Notes under the pieces: model-generated | The model's database searches: none | What the model was told of the DNA's origin: nothing | What the model saw: the letters and a program-made list of their open reading frames with translations, nothing else | DNA from: an uncultured Verrucomicrobiae bacterium | Lineage (GTDB): Bacteria; Verrucomicrobiota; Verrucomicrobiia; Palsa-1439 | Length of the DNA: 64,000 nucleotides | NCBI GenBank assembly: GCA_963836315.1 | Contig: CAWIJG010000002.1 | Span: 1,379,791 to 1,443,790 of the forward strand | Direction: 5' to 3' | Shown here: positions 18,417-27,938 of the stretch, in pieces | How the letters are laid out: each line of letters begins with the position of its first letter | How positions within the stretch are numbered: the first letter of the stretch is position 1 | Position numbers and translations under genes: made by a program

Positions 18417-20639
18417 CTAGTACGGCAGTGGGAACTTCGCAGTCAAGGCGCGAACCTTCTCCTTTACGCTGGCCTGCAACGTCACGTCGTCGGGCTTCGC
18501 GAGCACTTCGGTGATAAGCGCGGCGATCTGGTCCATCTCTGCTTCTTTCATGCCGCGAGTGGTGACGGCTGGCGTGCCGAGCCGGATGCCGCTGGTGACC
18601 AGCGGTTTCTCGGGGTCGTACGGGATGAGATTCTTGTTCGTCGTGATGCCGGCGTGGTCGAGCGATTCCTGGGCAATCTTGCCGGTAAGCTTCTTCGGGC
18701 GGAGATCGACGAGCATCAAATGATTGTCCGTCCCGCCGCTGACGATGCGGAAGCCGTGCGCCGCCAACGCGGTGGCGAGTGCCTTGGCATTCTTCACGAT
18801 CTGCCGCTGGTACTCCTTGAAATCAGGCTTCATCGCTTCGAGGAAGCACACCGCTTTCGCGGCAATGATGTGCATCAGCGGCCCGCCTTGAATGCCCGGC
18901 AACACCCAGCCGTCGATGTCCTTGGCGTATTTCGCTTTGCACAGAATCAATCCCGCGCGCGGCCCGCGCAACGTCTTGTGCGTGGTCGTGGTGACGAAAT
19001 CAGCCAACGGCACGGGGCTGGGATGAAGGCCGGCGGCAACCAATCCCGCGATGTGCGCCATATCGACAAACAGCAACGCGCCGACGCTGTCGGCAATCTC
19101 GCGCATCTTCTGAAAATCAATGATTCGCGGATACGCGCTGGCTCCGGCGGTGATCATCTTCGGGCGGCAATCCTTCGCGAGCTTGGCCAGTTGATCGTAG
19201 TCGATCCGTTCGCTGTCCTGTCGCACCCCGTAATGCACGACCTTGTAGAACCGCCCCGAGAAATTACGCGGCGAGCCGTGGGTAAGATGGCCGCCGTGGG
19301 CCAATTCCATTGTCAGGATCGTGTCGCCGTGCTGGATGGTGGCGAAGTACACCGCCATGTTGGCTTGTGAACCGGAATGCGGCTGGACGTTCGCGTGTTC
19401 GGCGCCGAAAAGTTGTTTGGCGCGGTCGATGGCGAGTTGTTCGGCGATGTCCACGTATTCGCAGCCGCCGTAATACCGTTTACCGGGATAGCCTTCGGCA
19501 TACTTGTTCGTGAGCACCGTGCCCGCCGCTTCGAGTATCGCGGGCGAAACGAAATTCTCGCTGGCGATCAACTCGATGTTCTCCTGCTGGCGTTGCTTCT
19601 CACGCTGGACCGCGCTGAAAATCTCGGGGTCAGCCACCGCCAGCGCCGAAGTCTTTTTCGAAGGGGTCGCGGTGGTGTTCAGGACAGGTGGATGGTCCAT
19701 TTCGTCGACACGGCGGGCATGGCGGCCGCCGCCAAAGTCCGTGTGCAACCACACATCCAAAATCTGCTTCGCCTGTTCCCCGTTGAGTTCGATGCCCGAT
19801 AACACAAGGATGTTGGCGTTGTTGTGCTCGCGGCTGAGGCGGGCCCACTGTTCGTTACCGACCATCGCCGCCCGCACGCCGAGAAACCGGTTGGCCGCAA
19901 TGGTCATGCCGATGCCGCTCTTGCAGACCAGCACGCCGCGGTCAAAGTTCCCGGCCAGCAACTCCCGCGCGACGATGAACGCGTACTCGGGATAGTCCAC
20001 CGGCTCGGTCGTGCAGGTGCCAAAATCGGAGAACGGATATCCGTGTCGCGCCAGCCAGTCCTTCAACGCCGCCTTGATCTCGACGCCGCCGTGATCGCCC
20101 GCCAGCGCGATGCGCAGTGGCCGGGCTTCTTCGTTCGTGGCCGGCCCCGCGGCTTCCCGGGTCGCGCTGCGCGCCGCGGCCGTGGTCTGGTCCATGAACA
20201 CAATCAGGCTCGGCAACGCGTCGCGGATCTGGTCGCGCGTACGGCGGTACACATCGATGGATTGTCCAATCGGATCGGCAATGTCTTTGTTCTCACCAGC
20301 GCGAGCCTCCTCGAACTCGCGCACGAGAAACGTCTTCTCGGCGGCAAACGGGAAAAGCGTCTGGAGCGTGTCCTGATGCTGGTGGGTCATCACAAAAACG
20401 AAATCCGCCTGCCGCACCAGATCGCTGTTCATCGATTGGCTGACATGCGTGGAGATGTCTATGCCGAGTTCGGCCATGACTTCGATGGCGGCGTCCGTGG
20501 CCCGCATGCCCTCCAGCGCGGCGAGTCCCGCGGAGGCAACCTGAACGTCGTTGCGACCGCGCAGCATGTGCCGGAGCAGGCCCTCCGCCATCGGGCTGCG
20601 ACAAACATTGCCTGTGCAGATAAACAGAATCTTCTTCAT
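18417..20639 (-). CDS. glyA: tri-domain fusion: low-MW protein tyrosine/arginine phosphatase + ribose-5-phosphate isomerase B + serine hydroxymethyltransferase
   Basis: Single 740-aa ORF. Residues 1-155 are an LMW-PTP (P-loop [16 protein letters not shown]). Residues 180-330 are RpiB/LacAB ([23 protein letters not shown]). Residues 345-740 are a full SHMT ([20 protein letters not shown]-Lys region [11 protein letters not shown]). Linkers are Ala/Thr-rich with no stop codons. Confidence 0.85.
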   Translation of the reverse strand: MKKILFICTGNVCRSPMAEGLLRHMLRGRNDVQVASAGLAALEGMRATDAAIEVMAELGIDISTHVSQSMNSDLVRQADFVFVMTHQHQDTLQTLFPFAAEKTFLVREFEEARAGENKDIADPIGQSIDVYRRTRDQIRDALPSLIVFMDQTTAAARSATREAAGPATNEEARPLRIALAGDHGGVEIKAALKDWLARHGYPFSDFGTCTTEPVDYPEYAFIVARELLAGNFDRGVLVCKSGIGMTIAANRFLGVRAAMVGNEQWARLSREHNNANILVLSGIELNGEQAKQILDVWLHTDFGGGRHARRVDEMDHPPVLNTTATPSKKTSALAVADPEIFSAVQREKQRQQENIELIASENFVSPAILEAAGTVLTNKYAEGYPGKRYYGGCEYVDIAEQLAIDRAKQLFGAEHANVQPHSGSQANMAVYFATIQHGDTILTMELAHGGHLTHGSPRNFSGRFYKVVHYGVRQDSERIDYDQLAKLAKDCRPKMITAGASAYPRIIDFQKMREIADSVGALLFVDMAHIAGLVAAGLHPSPVPLADFVTTTTHKTLRGPRAGLILCKAKYAKDIDGWVLPGIQGGPLMHIIAAKAVCFLEAMKPDFKEYQRQIVKNAKALATALAAHGFRIVSGGTDNHLMLVDLRPKKLTGKIAQESLDHAGITTNKNLIPYDPEKPLVTSGIRLGTPAVTTRGMKEAEMDQIAALITEVLAKPDDVTLQASVKEKVRALTAKFPLPY

Positions 20640-20688
20640 CGAATCCTTCTGTGTCCGGACGACGGAAGGATCGCGCCGCGTCCGCGCC

Positions 20689-21815
20689 TCATTGCCAGGA
20701 CAATAGCACGTGGATCCCCTTCAGAATATCCACCGCCCGTTGCAGCACCACATCGCGCACGTTCTGGATATCGTCCTCCTCTTCGTGCGTCTTGTCCTCA
20801 GGCGACGGCTTGTCAAAGCGATTGACGGCCTCTCCCCGGAACGCCTTGACCAACTCCGCCTCCGTCAACTCATTCTTGTTCACTCGTAGCTGCAGGCTCG
20901 CCGTCAACGTCACGTTCGTTTGCGCGAGCACCACCGCGCGTTCCGTCTGGGCTTCAATCTTGACGGCCACGTCCGGCGTGATTCCATTGGGAAAAATGTC
21001 GATCTGCGGCCCCGCGCCATCAAGGTGGGGCAACACGATCTTGGCCGTGGCGATCCGCAACGTGCGGCCATCGCTCAGTTTCACACTTTCCCAGGCCGCC
21101 GCCGAGCCTGCGGTTTGCGAACCGATAAGGATGCAGCGGTCCTGCGCGCGCAACGCCCCAGCCAGCGCCTCGGCGCTGCCTCGCGTTTCCGCGTTTACCA
21201 GCAACATCAGGGGCGCGGACGCCAGGTCCGACCCATTGGATGACGCCGCCTTGATTTCCGAACCCGCCCGAAAGACATGCACGCCCTTTTCCGAACTCTT
21301 TAGCGTGAACACTTCCTGTCCGTCGCCCAGAAATCGGCCCGCGACGGCGGCGGCGGCGGCGAAGTTGGTGCCGTCGGCAAAACGAAGATCAAGCACGTAG
21401 CCCGCCACTTTCGCATCGACGAATCCTTTCAGCTCCGCATCGAGCGCCGCCGGGTGCCTGCCGTCACATCGGCCAGACGAATGTAGCCGATGTGGGGATC
21501 GATGACCTCGGCGCGGGCGAGGGGACCCGACGGTTTCAGTTCGCTGTCAACCGCTTTGGTGCCGTTGGTTGACGGCGTCGAGGGCGGGAGAATCACGGCG
21601 CCGCGGCCCACCGCCCCCAGGATACCGGTTACGGTCGCTTCGTTCAGCAATTTCTCGTCGAGCTTGTCATGATCGACGTAATTCGATTTGAGAACGCTGA
21701 TGATTTCCGTCGTCTGTCGCAAAAATGGATCGACGTTGGCGGCCCGGCAAAACGCCGCCGCCCCCGCCAGCAGGAGCACAAGCGCTGCGCTGATTGTTAC
21801 GGCCACTGTTTTCAT
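20689..21815 (-). pseudogene. S41-family (C-terminal processing) peptidase, interrupted by a frameshift
   Basis: N-terminal frame encodes signal peptide MKTVAVTISAALVLLLAGAAA ... IGYIRLADVT and then runs into a stop. The -1 frame continues ..AALDAELKGFVDAKVAGYVLDLRFADGTN..TRGSAEALAGAL.., the S41 core. The frames switch at a CCC/GGG run at 21452-21454. Confidence 0.6.
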
Positions 21816-21864
21816 CGTACCTCGCAAAATCAAATTCCTGTTCCCGCGGGTCCTTCCGCCAGCT

Positions 21865-23136
21865 TCACTTCGGTATCGCATGGGCGGCAATATCGTGGCG
21901 AAAATGGGCGCCGTCAAAATGAATCTGTTGGACCGCCTCGTAGGTGCGCCGCGCCGCTTTCTCAATATTCTCTCCGAGCGCGGTCACCCCCAAAACCCGT
22001 CCGCCATCCGTAACGATCTGCCCACTGGCGTTCCGCCGCGTGCCCGCATGAAACACGCAGACCTTACCTGACTTGGCGGCCTCTTTCAACCCCGCAATCG
22101 GCTGGCCGGTCTGGTACCGGCCCGGGTACCCGCCCGCGGCCATCACCACGCAGACTGCCGCCTCGTTCTTCCACTTCAGCGACAGGCGATCGAGCGTCCC
22201 GTTCAGGGTGGCCTCCGCTGCATCCACCAAATCGAAATCCATCCGCGGCACCACCACCTGGGTTTCGGGATCGCCAAAACGGCAGTTGAACTCCAGCACC
22301 TGCGGACCGCGTTGGGTGATCATCAAACCGGCGTAGAGCACGCCGCGGTACTGGATGCCTTCCGCCCGCAGCCCGGCCAGCGTCTGTCGGAAGATCCCGG
22401 CCACCTGCTCGTGGAGCTTCCCGTCCAGCAACGGCGTGGGCGAATACGCGCCCATGCCGCCCGTGTTCGGGCCGCGGTCGCCATCGAGAGCGCGCTTGTG
22501 GTCCTGGGCGGACGCCAGCACTTGGAAGGACTGGCCATCCACGAGCGCCATGACGGACAATTCCTCGCCGTGCAGGCATTCCTCGACGACCACTCGCGCG
22601 CCCGCGGCGCCGAAGACTTTTTGCTCCATGATTTCGGCGACGGCTTGCTCGGCCTCTTCGACGAACGACGCGACAATCACGCCTTTGCCGGCCGCCAGAC
22701 CGTCGGCTTTCACCACGATCGGCGCGCCGACCTTTCGCAGGTGGGTCCGGGCATCATCCGCATTGCTGAAAATGGCTGCCGAGGCCGTCGGCACTTTGTA
22801 TTTCAGCAGGATCTCTTTCGTGAAAACCTTGCTGCCTTCCAATCGGGCGGCGTGTTTATTGGGGCCGAAAATACGCAGCCCCTGGGCGTTAAATACATCG
22901 ACGATGCCGGCGCACAATGGCGTTTCGGGGCCAACGACTGTGAGATCGATCTTCTGTTCGGAAGCGAATACCGCGAGCTTGTCGATGTCCGTGGCCGGGA
23001 TTGGCGCGCATTCCGCCAACTCGGCGAGGCCGGCGTTGCCCGGAGCGCAGAAGAGCTTCCGGACGCGCGGGCTTTGGGCGATCTTCCAGACAAGCGCGTG
23101 TTCGCGCCCGCCGTTTCCGATGACAAGAATTCTCAT
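21865..23136 (-). CDS. purD: phosphoribosylamine--glycine ligase
   Basis: MRILVIGNGGREHALVWKIAQSP N-terminus, an ATP-grasp core and a C-terminal domain typical of PurD. Start at the internal Met with RILVIGNGG. Confidence 0.9.
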   Translation of the reverse strand: MRILVIGNGGREHALVWKIAQSPRVRKLFCAPGNAGLAELAECAPIPATDIDKLAVFASEQKIDLTVVGPETPLCAGIVDVFNAQGLRIFGPNKHAARLEGSKVFTKEILLKYKVPTASAAIFSNADDARTHLRKVGAPIVVKADGLAAGKGVIVASFVEEAEQAVAEIMEQKVFGAAGARVVVEECLHGEELSVMALVDGQSFQVLASAQDHKRALDGDRGPNTGGMGAYSPTPLLDGKLHEQVAGIFRQTLAGLRAEGIQYRGVLYAGLMITQRGPQVLEFNCRFGDPETQVVVPRMDFDLVDAAEATLNGTLDRLSLKWKNEAAVCVVMAAGGYPGRYQTGQPIAGLKEAAKSGKVCVFHAGTRRNASGQIVTDGGRVLGVTALGENIEKAARRTYEAVQQIHFDGAHFRHDIAAHAIPK

Positions 23137-23202
23137 GGCGCGGTCGGGCGCCACTCTAGGGGAAAGATTCCAAGACGGTCAATCCCGGAAACTTCAGCGC
23201 CG

Positions 23203-23925
23203 TCAGGGACCCTTCAGCGCCCTGATCGTCAGGTGCGCGTCCGTGTCATCGACACCCTTCAGGGCCATTTCGGGTGTTGCCGGTTTGAATTTCCCATACA
23301 ACGAACTGCGCTGGGTATCGACACCAAAAATCCGGTCGATGGACACATTGAGTTGGTTATGCGACGTGGCGATGAATGCGCCCGAGAGAGTGAATGATCC
23401 GGTATCGCTCAGCCCATCGCCGGTGACGTCGAAGACTGCCGGGAAATTGGTTGACGCGGTGATGGTGTAAGCTTCATGGAGGGTCTTGCCGTGACGTTTA
23501 ACCACTGCGGTCCACGAACCGCTCAGAACCGGAAAGTCCGATGCGGCGACTGCGCCCCTGAACTGAAGCCCGCCGCTGGTGCCGGTTCCTTTCGCACGAA
23601 ACTTGCCCGAGTGCTGGACGAGCGCCGTGAAACTGACGGCGGTGTTGACGCCGTTGAGCGACTGGAGATACGCAACAACCACATTGCCGTTCGTATCAAA
23701 CCCCCAGTTCCCCGTCAGTGTGAAGAGCCCGAATTGTTTCCGCTCGATCCCGTAACCGCTGACCGAAAAGTCATTGGAGAAGGTCATCATGGAGGTGCCT
23801 CTGGACACACCCGAAATGACCACTTCCCACGTGCCAACTGGTGAAAGGGGCTGCGCCCCCAAAACGTCAGGTTGAACAACCCATGTGCCCAGAAACAACG
23901 CCCAAACCAAAAACGACCGCTTCAT
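23203..23925 (-). CDS. secreted hypothetical protein (uncharacterised beta-rich domain, paralogous to C-terminus of 27939..30155)
   Basis: Signal peptide MKRSFLVWALFLGTWVVQPDVLGAQP. The domain GTWEVVISG..FSNDFSVSGYGI..GNWGFD..FPVLSGSWTAVV..VFDVTGDG.. aligns along its length with residues about 550-760 of the PKD-repeat protein. Confidence 0.6.
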   Translation of the reverse strand: MKRSFLVWALFLGTWVVQPDVLGAQPLSPVGTWEVVISGVSRGTSMMTFSNDFSVSGYGIERKQFGLFTLTGNWGFDTNGNVVVAYLQSLNGVNTAVSFTALVQHSGKFRAKGTGTSGGLQFRGAVAASDFPVLSGSWTAVVKRHGKTLHEAYTITASTNFPAVFDVTGDGLSDTGSFTLSGAFIATSHNQLNVSIDRIFGVDTQRSSLYGKFKPATPEMALKGVDDTDAHLTIRALKGP

Positions 23926-24023
23926 TACCTCCTCCTTTTGTTGCGAACATCCCCGTCACCATGTGTAGCGCGGCTTGCAGGGAGTGGCAATCGAAAAAAG
24001 CAGCACCGGGCTCTTCTTGCGCC

Positions 24024-25115
24024 TTAGTGCGAGCTTTCTTCAAGCAATGCGACCGTCATCGCCAGCGCCTTCTCGTAGACAGGGTCCCGTATGGAATGAT
24101 CGAGTTCCTGTGAGAGTAGGGAGGCGTCATCCGAACGCCAGAAGGCGCGTTTACGCGGCAGACCACAGGCATGGGGCATCTCGACGGTCGCGCTCGCCGT
24201 GTTCTCACCACGATCGCTGCGAATCGAGAATGTGGCACGGTCGGTCTTGATGGTTACCGACCAAATGCCCACCGACGCGGCTTCGGGATCATCGCGCCTG
24301 GAAAGATGAATCTTCGTCTTTGCCTCGGGGACAGGCCACTGGAGTTGGGCGGCGAACCACGAACCGTACAGCAGCGCGCGCACGACGGCGCCCGGCCCGC
24401 AACCATGCAGGATGTCCACCGTGCGGATGCGCTTGAGCTCGGTCCGGCACTGCGGCTCGTCGAAAAACTCCGCCGCGAGTCGCCGCCACAAGCCCGACCG
24501 CGTCCAGCTCAAGTCAGCAAAGCTGCAGCGCGGGTATTCGGTGATGACGCGGGCCAGACCGGCGAGTTGCGATGGCGCATGGGGCCAGGCTGATGTGTCG
24601 TAAATCACCCGGTCCGCCACCGCTAACAATCGACGAAAGAGATCGATTCTTTCCAGAAAGTTGCCCTGCCACCAGACGATCGTCGGCAGGTCCGACTCCA
24701 GCAGCGGAAGCACGGCTGAGCCCAGATGGGCCACGCTCGGGCCGGCGGCACGAATCACGATCTGCTCACAACAAACCTGCTTTTGTCCCGTGCCGGCGAG
24801 GTGACAATGGGCGGAAATGGAGGCGGACAGCTCTGATGGGGCGGAGTCCAACCCGGCCGAGAGCACAATCGCCCGGCACGGATGATGACTTGTAAGCGAG
24901 CCGATCACCTCGCCGGCGTGCGCCGCCCCGTCGTCGGTTTCACAGAGGACGATGAAGTTGAAGAGGCAGTCGCGGGTGATCTGACGTTGCGTCGGGTCCT
25001 TCTCCGATTCCGCGGCCAGTTGCCACAACTCGTGGAGCTGGCGCTCAATCTGCGCCACGTCCACCGCGGTTTCGACGCCGGCGGTAAATGTTTCCAGTTG
25101 CGCGCGGTCGGGCAT
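24024..25115 (-). CDS. opcA: glucose-6-phosphate dehydrogenase assembly protein OpcA-like
   Basis: Lies immediately downstream of zwf (4-nt gap) in the same orientation, with size about 360 aa. The assignment rests mainly on the conserved zwf-opcA synteny, and I recognise no strong motif. Confidence 0.5.
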   Translation of the reverse strand: MPDRAQLETFTAGVETAVDVAQIERQLHELWQLAAESEKDPTQRQITRDCLFNFIVLCETDDGAAHAGEVIGSLTSHHPCRAIVLSAGLDSAPSELSASISAHCHLAGTGQKQVCCEQIVIRAAGPSVAHLGSAVLPLLESDLPTIVWWQGNFLERIDLFRRLLAVADRVIYDTSAWPHAPSQLAGLARVITEYPRCSFADLSWTRSGLWRRLAAEFFDEPQCRTELKRIRTVDILHGCGPGAVVRALLYGSWFAAQLQWPVPEAKTKIHLSRRDDPEAASVGIWSVTIKTDRATFSIRSDRGENTASATVEMPHACGLPRKRAFWRSDDASLLSQELDHSIRDPVYEKALAMTVALLEESSH

Positions 25116-25118
25116 GGA

Positions 25119-26651
25119 TTATGGGCGCCTCCATTGCCGGCCGTCACGCTCGATAAACTCGGCCGCCTCCGTCGGGCCCCAGGTGCCCGACTCGTAAGGG
25201 AAAGGCGCGGGGGAAGCGTTCCACCCGTCGATGATCGCGTCCATGATCTGCCACGAACGCTCGACCTCGTCACGGCGCGTAAACAACGTCGAGTCGCCGA
25301 GAATGGCATCGTGAAGCAGTCGTTCATACGCTTCCGGCGACCGGGCGCCGAAGCTGCCGCCGTAACGGAAATCCATTTTCACCGGTTGCAGGTTGATCGT
25401 GTTGCCCGGGACTTTTGCGTTCATGCGGATGGCGACGCCTTCATCGGGCTGGATGCGGAGCACCAGTACATTCGGCTGGAGTGGAACGGGCGATTCGGCG
25501 GCAAACAGTACGGCGGGGGGCGCCTGGAATTGAATGGCGATCTCGGCAACGCCTTTGGGCAATCGCTTGCCGTGGCGGAGGTAAAACGGGACACCGGCCC
25601 AGCGCCAATTGTCGATGAAGAATTTCAACGCCACAAAGGTTTCAGTCCGCGAGTCGGGGGCCACGTTCTTTTCCTCCCGATAGCCGGGAACGGGTTTGCC
25701 CGCCATCGAACCGCGCGCATACTGGCCGCGCATCGTGAACCGGTCGACCTGATCGGGGGTAATCGGGCGGATGGCGCGCAGAACTTTCACCTTCTCGTCG
25801 TGAATGGCTTCGCCTTCCAACACGGGAGGCGGTTCCATTGCCACCAGCGAGAGCAATTGCATCAGATGGTTTTGCACCATGTCGCGCAATGCGCCGGATT
25901 TGTCGTAGTAGCCGCCACGATCCTCCACTCCCAGGGATTCGGCGACCGTGATCTGGACGTGGTCGATGTATTTCTGGTTCCAAAGCGGTTCGAAGATTTC
26001 GTTGCCGAAACGAAGAGCCACGATGTTCTGGACGGTCTCCTTCCCGAGATAGTGGTCGATGCGGAAAACCTGCCGCTCAAGGAAGACCCCGGCCAACTTG
26101 CGGTTCAACTCGCGGGCCGTGGGGAGGCTGCGACCGAATGGTTTCTCGACAATGATGCGCGGCGGTGATCCGTGTGTCCGGGCCAGGCCGCTCGCCCCAA
26201 GCTGTTCGATGATGCCGATAAACTCCGTCGGCGACGTGGCGAGGTAGAAGAGACGATTGCCGGCGGTGCCGCGCTCGGCGTCAAGTTTTTGCAGAAATTC
26301 GCCGAGAGTCTGGTAACCCTTCGGATCGGCAAACTCCGATTGGTGGTAGAAAATCGCCTGCGCCAGCGCATCCCACACCGCAGCGTTGATGGGCTGGAAG
26401 CGCGAGAACTGCGCTACCGCGTCGCGCAACTCGGCACGAAACTGGTCATGGGTCTTCGGCCGGCGCGCGAAACCAACGATCGCGAACGACTGCGGGAGCT
26501 GTCCTTCGTGTGCGAGATTATAGAGGGCCGGGACGAGCTTGCGGTGAGTGAGGTCGCCGGTGGCGCCGAAGATAACCAAGGCGCATGGTTCCGGAGCTTG
26601 CTGCGCGCTGAGGCCTTCCCGAAGTGGATTGGCTGCGATTGTATTCTGCAT
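25119..26651 (-). CDS. zwf: glucose-6-phosphate 1-dehydrogenase
   Basis: Signature IFGATGDLTHRKLVPALY (NADP binding) and the active-site region RIDHYLGKE are present. Length about 510 aa. Confidence 0.9.
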   Translation of the reverse strand: MQNTIAANPLREGLSAQQAPEPCALVIFGATGDLTHRKLVPALYNLAHEGQLPQSFAIVGFARRPKTHDQFRAELRDAVAQFSRFQPINAAVWDALAQAIFYHQSEFADPKGYQTLGEFLQKLDAERGTAGNRLFYLATSPTEFIGIIEQLGASGLARTHGSPPRIIVEKPFGRSLPTARELNRKLAGVFLERQVFRIDHYLGKETVQNIVALRFGNEIFEPLWNQKYIDHVQITVAESLGVEDRGGYYDKSGALRDMVQNHLMQLLSLVAMEPPPVLEGEAIHDEKVKVLRAIRPITPDQVDRFTMRGQYARGSMAGKPVPGYREEKNVAPDSRTETFVALKFFIDNWRWAGVPFYLRHGKRLPKGVAEIAIQFQAPPAVLFAAESPVPLQPNVLVLRIQPDEGVAIRMNAKVPGNTINLQPVKMDFRYGGSFGARSPEAYERLLHDAILGDSTLFTRRDEVERSWQIMDAIIDGWNASPAPFPYESGTWGPTEAAEFIERDGRQWRRP

Positions 26652-26769
26652 GACCGTTGCGTGAGCTTACGCCAACCACCTGCGATATGCAACGGGACGG
26701 GCAGTTTCGGGGCCTCAAACTCACGCCGTTTGGCGGGGCGTGTGTCGCCCGGCAAGTCCTGCGCGCCAT

Positions 26770-27162
26770 TCAGACCGAGTCGATGGCTTGATGCACCTGC
26801 TGGACGAGATCCTCCACGAAGAACGGTTTGTGCATGTAGCCGAAGAGACCTTGCTGAAACATCGGCTTGGCGACGTGATCATCGCAACCGGTCAACAGGA
26901 TGGTGCGGACATCGGGGTTTTGACGCTTCAGGCAATCGAAGATGAGGTCCCCGGTCATTTCCGGCATCACGTAGTCCAGCAGGACTACTTTGATGTTCTT
27001 CCAGTTCTTCTCGTACAAATCGATGCCGTCCCGGGCGGTCGATGCGGTATGAACCTTGAAACCGGCGAGTTCCAGGCTTTTCCTGATGACGTCCAACAGC
27101 TCCAGTTCGTCGTCAATGGCGAGGATTCCGTCACGGTTGTCGATGTCAGTGGCCCCCATCAT
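26770..27162 (-). CDS. single-domain response regulator (CheY-like receiver)
   Basis: Receiver motifs are present: acidic pocket DDE, phospho-acceptor Asp in VVLLDYVMP, T in ILLTG and K in MHKPF. No output domain. Confidence 0.8.
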   Translation of the reverse strand: MMGATDIDNRDGILAIDDELELLDVIRKSLELAGFKVHTASTARDGIDLYEKNWKNIKVVLLDYVMPEMTGDLIFDCLKRQNPDVRTILLTGCDDHVAKPMFQQGLFGYMHKPFFVEDLVQQVHQAIDSV

Positions 27163-27285
27163 GATTATTAACCATCAGAGCAGGGAGTATTCCACGCGCG
27201 AGGTTTTGGATACAGTTGTGCCACAAGGCCTTGGCATATGACTTGCTCAAAGAAAGGACTGCAAACAGGAGAAAAAGGCCAGCTT

Positions 27286-27711
27286 ATGCCGATAACCGAA
27301 CCAGCAAATGAAGTGGCGCGGACACATTCCATCCGCATCCTCATTATCGACGACGACAACGTCAACGCCATGTCGGCCAAGAGTGTTTTGGAACGCAACG
27401 GATGCCTCGTCCAAGTGGCGTCGAATCCCGTCAAGGCGCTGGAAAAGTACGCCCGGGAAAAAGATTCCATCGACGTGGTGATTATCGACTGTTTTTTGCC
27501 GCTCTTGGACGCTGGCGAAGCGATCCAGAGCTTGCGGAAGCTCAATCCCGAGATCAAGGTGATCCTTTTTTCCGGCGCGGAAGAAATAAAACTGCGGCAA
27601 GTCATGACTCGCTATCCGATCGATGCGTACATTCACAAACCGTTGCGGATCCAAGAGGCGCTCCAAACCATCCGCGACGTCTTGCCCGTGCTGGCAACGC
27701 AATCCTTTTAG
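27286..27711 (+). CDS. single-domain response regulator (CheY-like receiver)
   Basis: IRILIIDDD, VVIIDCFLP (acceptor Asp), ILFSG and IHKPL are present. Start set at the Met directly preceding the receiver domain. The gene is divergent from the other receiver gene. Confidence 0.8.
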   Translation: MPITEPANEVARTHSIRILIIDDDNVNAMSAKSVLERNGCLVQVASNPVKALEKYAREKDSIDVVIIDCFLPLLDAGEAIQSLRKLNPEIKVILFSGAEEIKLRQVMTRYPIDAYIHKPLRIQEALQTIRDVLPVLATQSF

Positions 27712-27751
27712 AGCCGGGTGGTTGACGGGACCGGGGTGCCATTCTCAAATC

Positions 27752-27821
27752 TTGATTTCCCGGTCCAGACAGGTTTTGGTGCGCCGTGTAGGAATCGAAC
27801 CAACAACCTAGTGATTAAGAG
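27752..27821 (-). repeat. partial copy of tRNA-Lys 3' part (tRNA positions 32-76) plus 3' flank; putative att-like direct repeat
   Basis: 27774-27821 matches 30422-30469 at 47 of 48 nt, and similarity continues imperfectly for about 22 nt beyond the tRNA 3' end. The 5' half of the tRNA is absent from this copy. Confidence 0.6.
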
Positions 27822-27938
27822 GCCCAAACAACTTAATTCGTCGACGCGATTAGGGGTCGCCGTCATTGGTATTTGGAGAACTCTGAGCGCCGCTTCGCGA
27901 GTAGAGAGAAAGACAAAGCCAAGGACTGGGGAGATGCA

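Noticed and set aside
19824-23470. several 300-370-aa plus-strand ORFs
   Set aside because: Antisense to the glyA fusion and purD. No motifs.
24882-26168. 428-aa plus-strand ORF
   Set aside because: Antisense to zwf. No recognisable domains and Arg-rich.
27771-27850. possible second tRNA gene
   Set aside because: Only the 3' 45 nt (positions 32-76) of tRNA-Lys are present. The upstream sequence cannot form an acceptor or D-arm, so it is treated as an att-like partial copy, not a tRNA.
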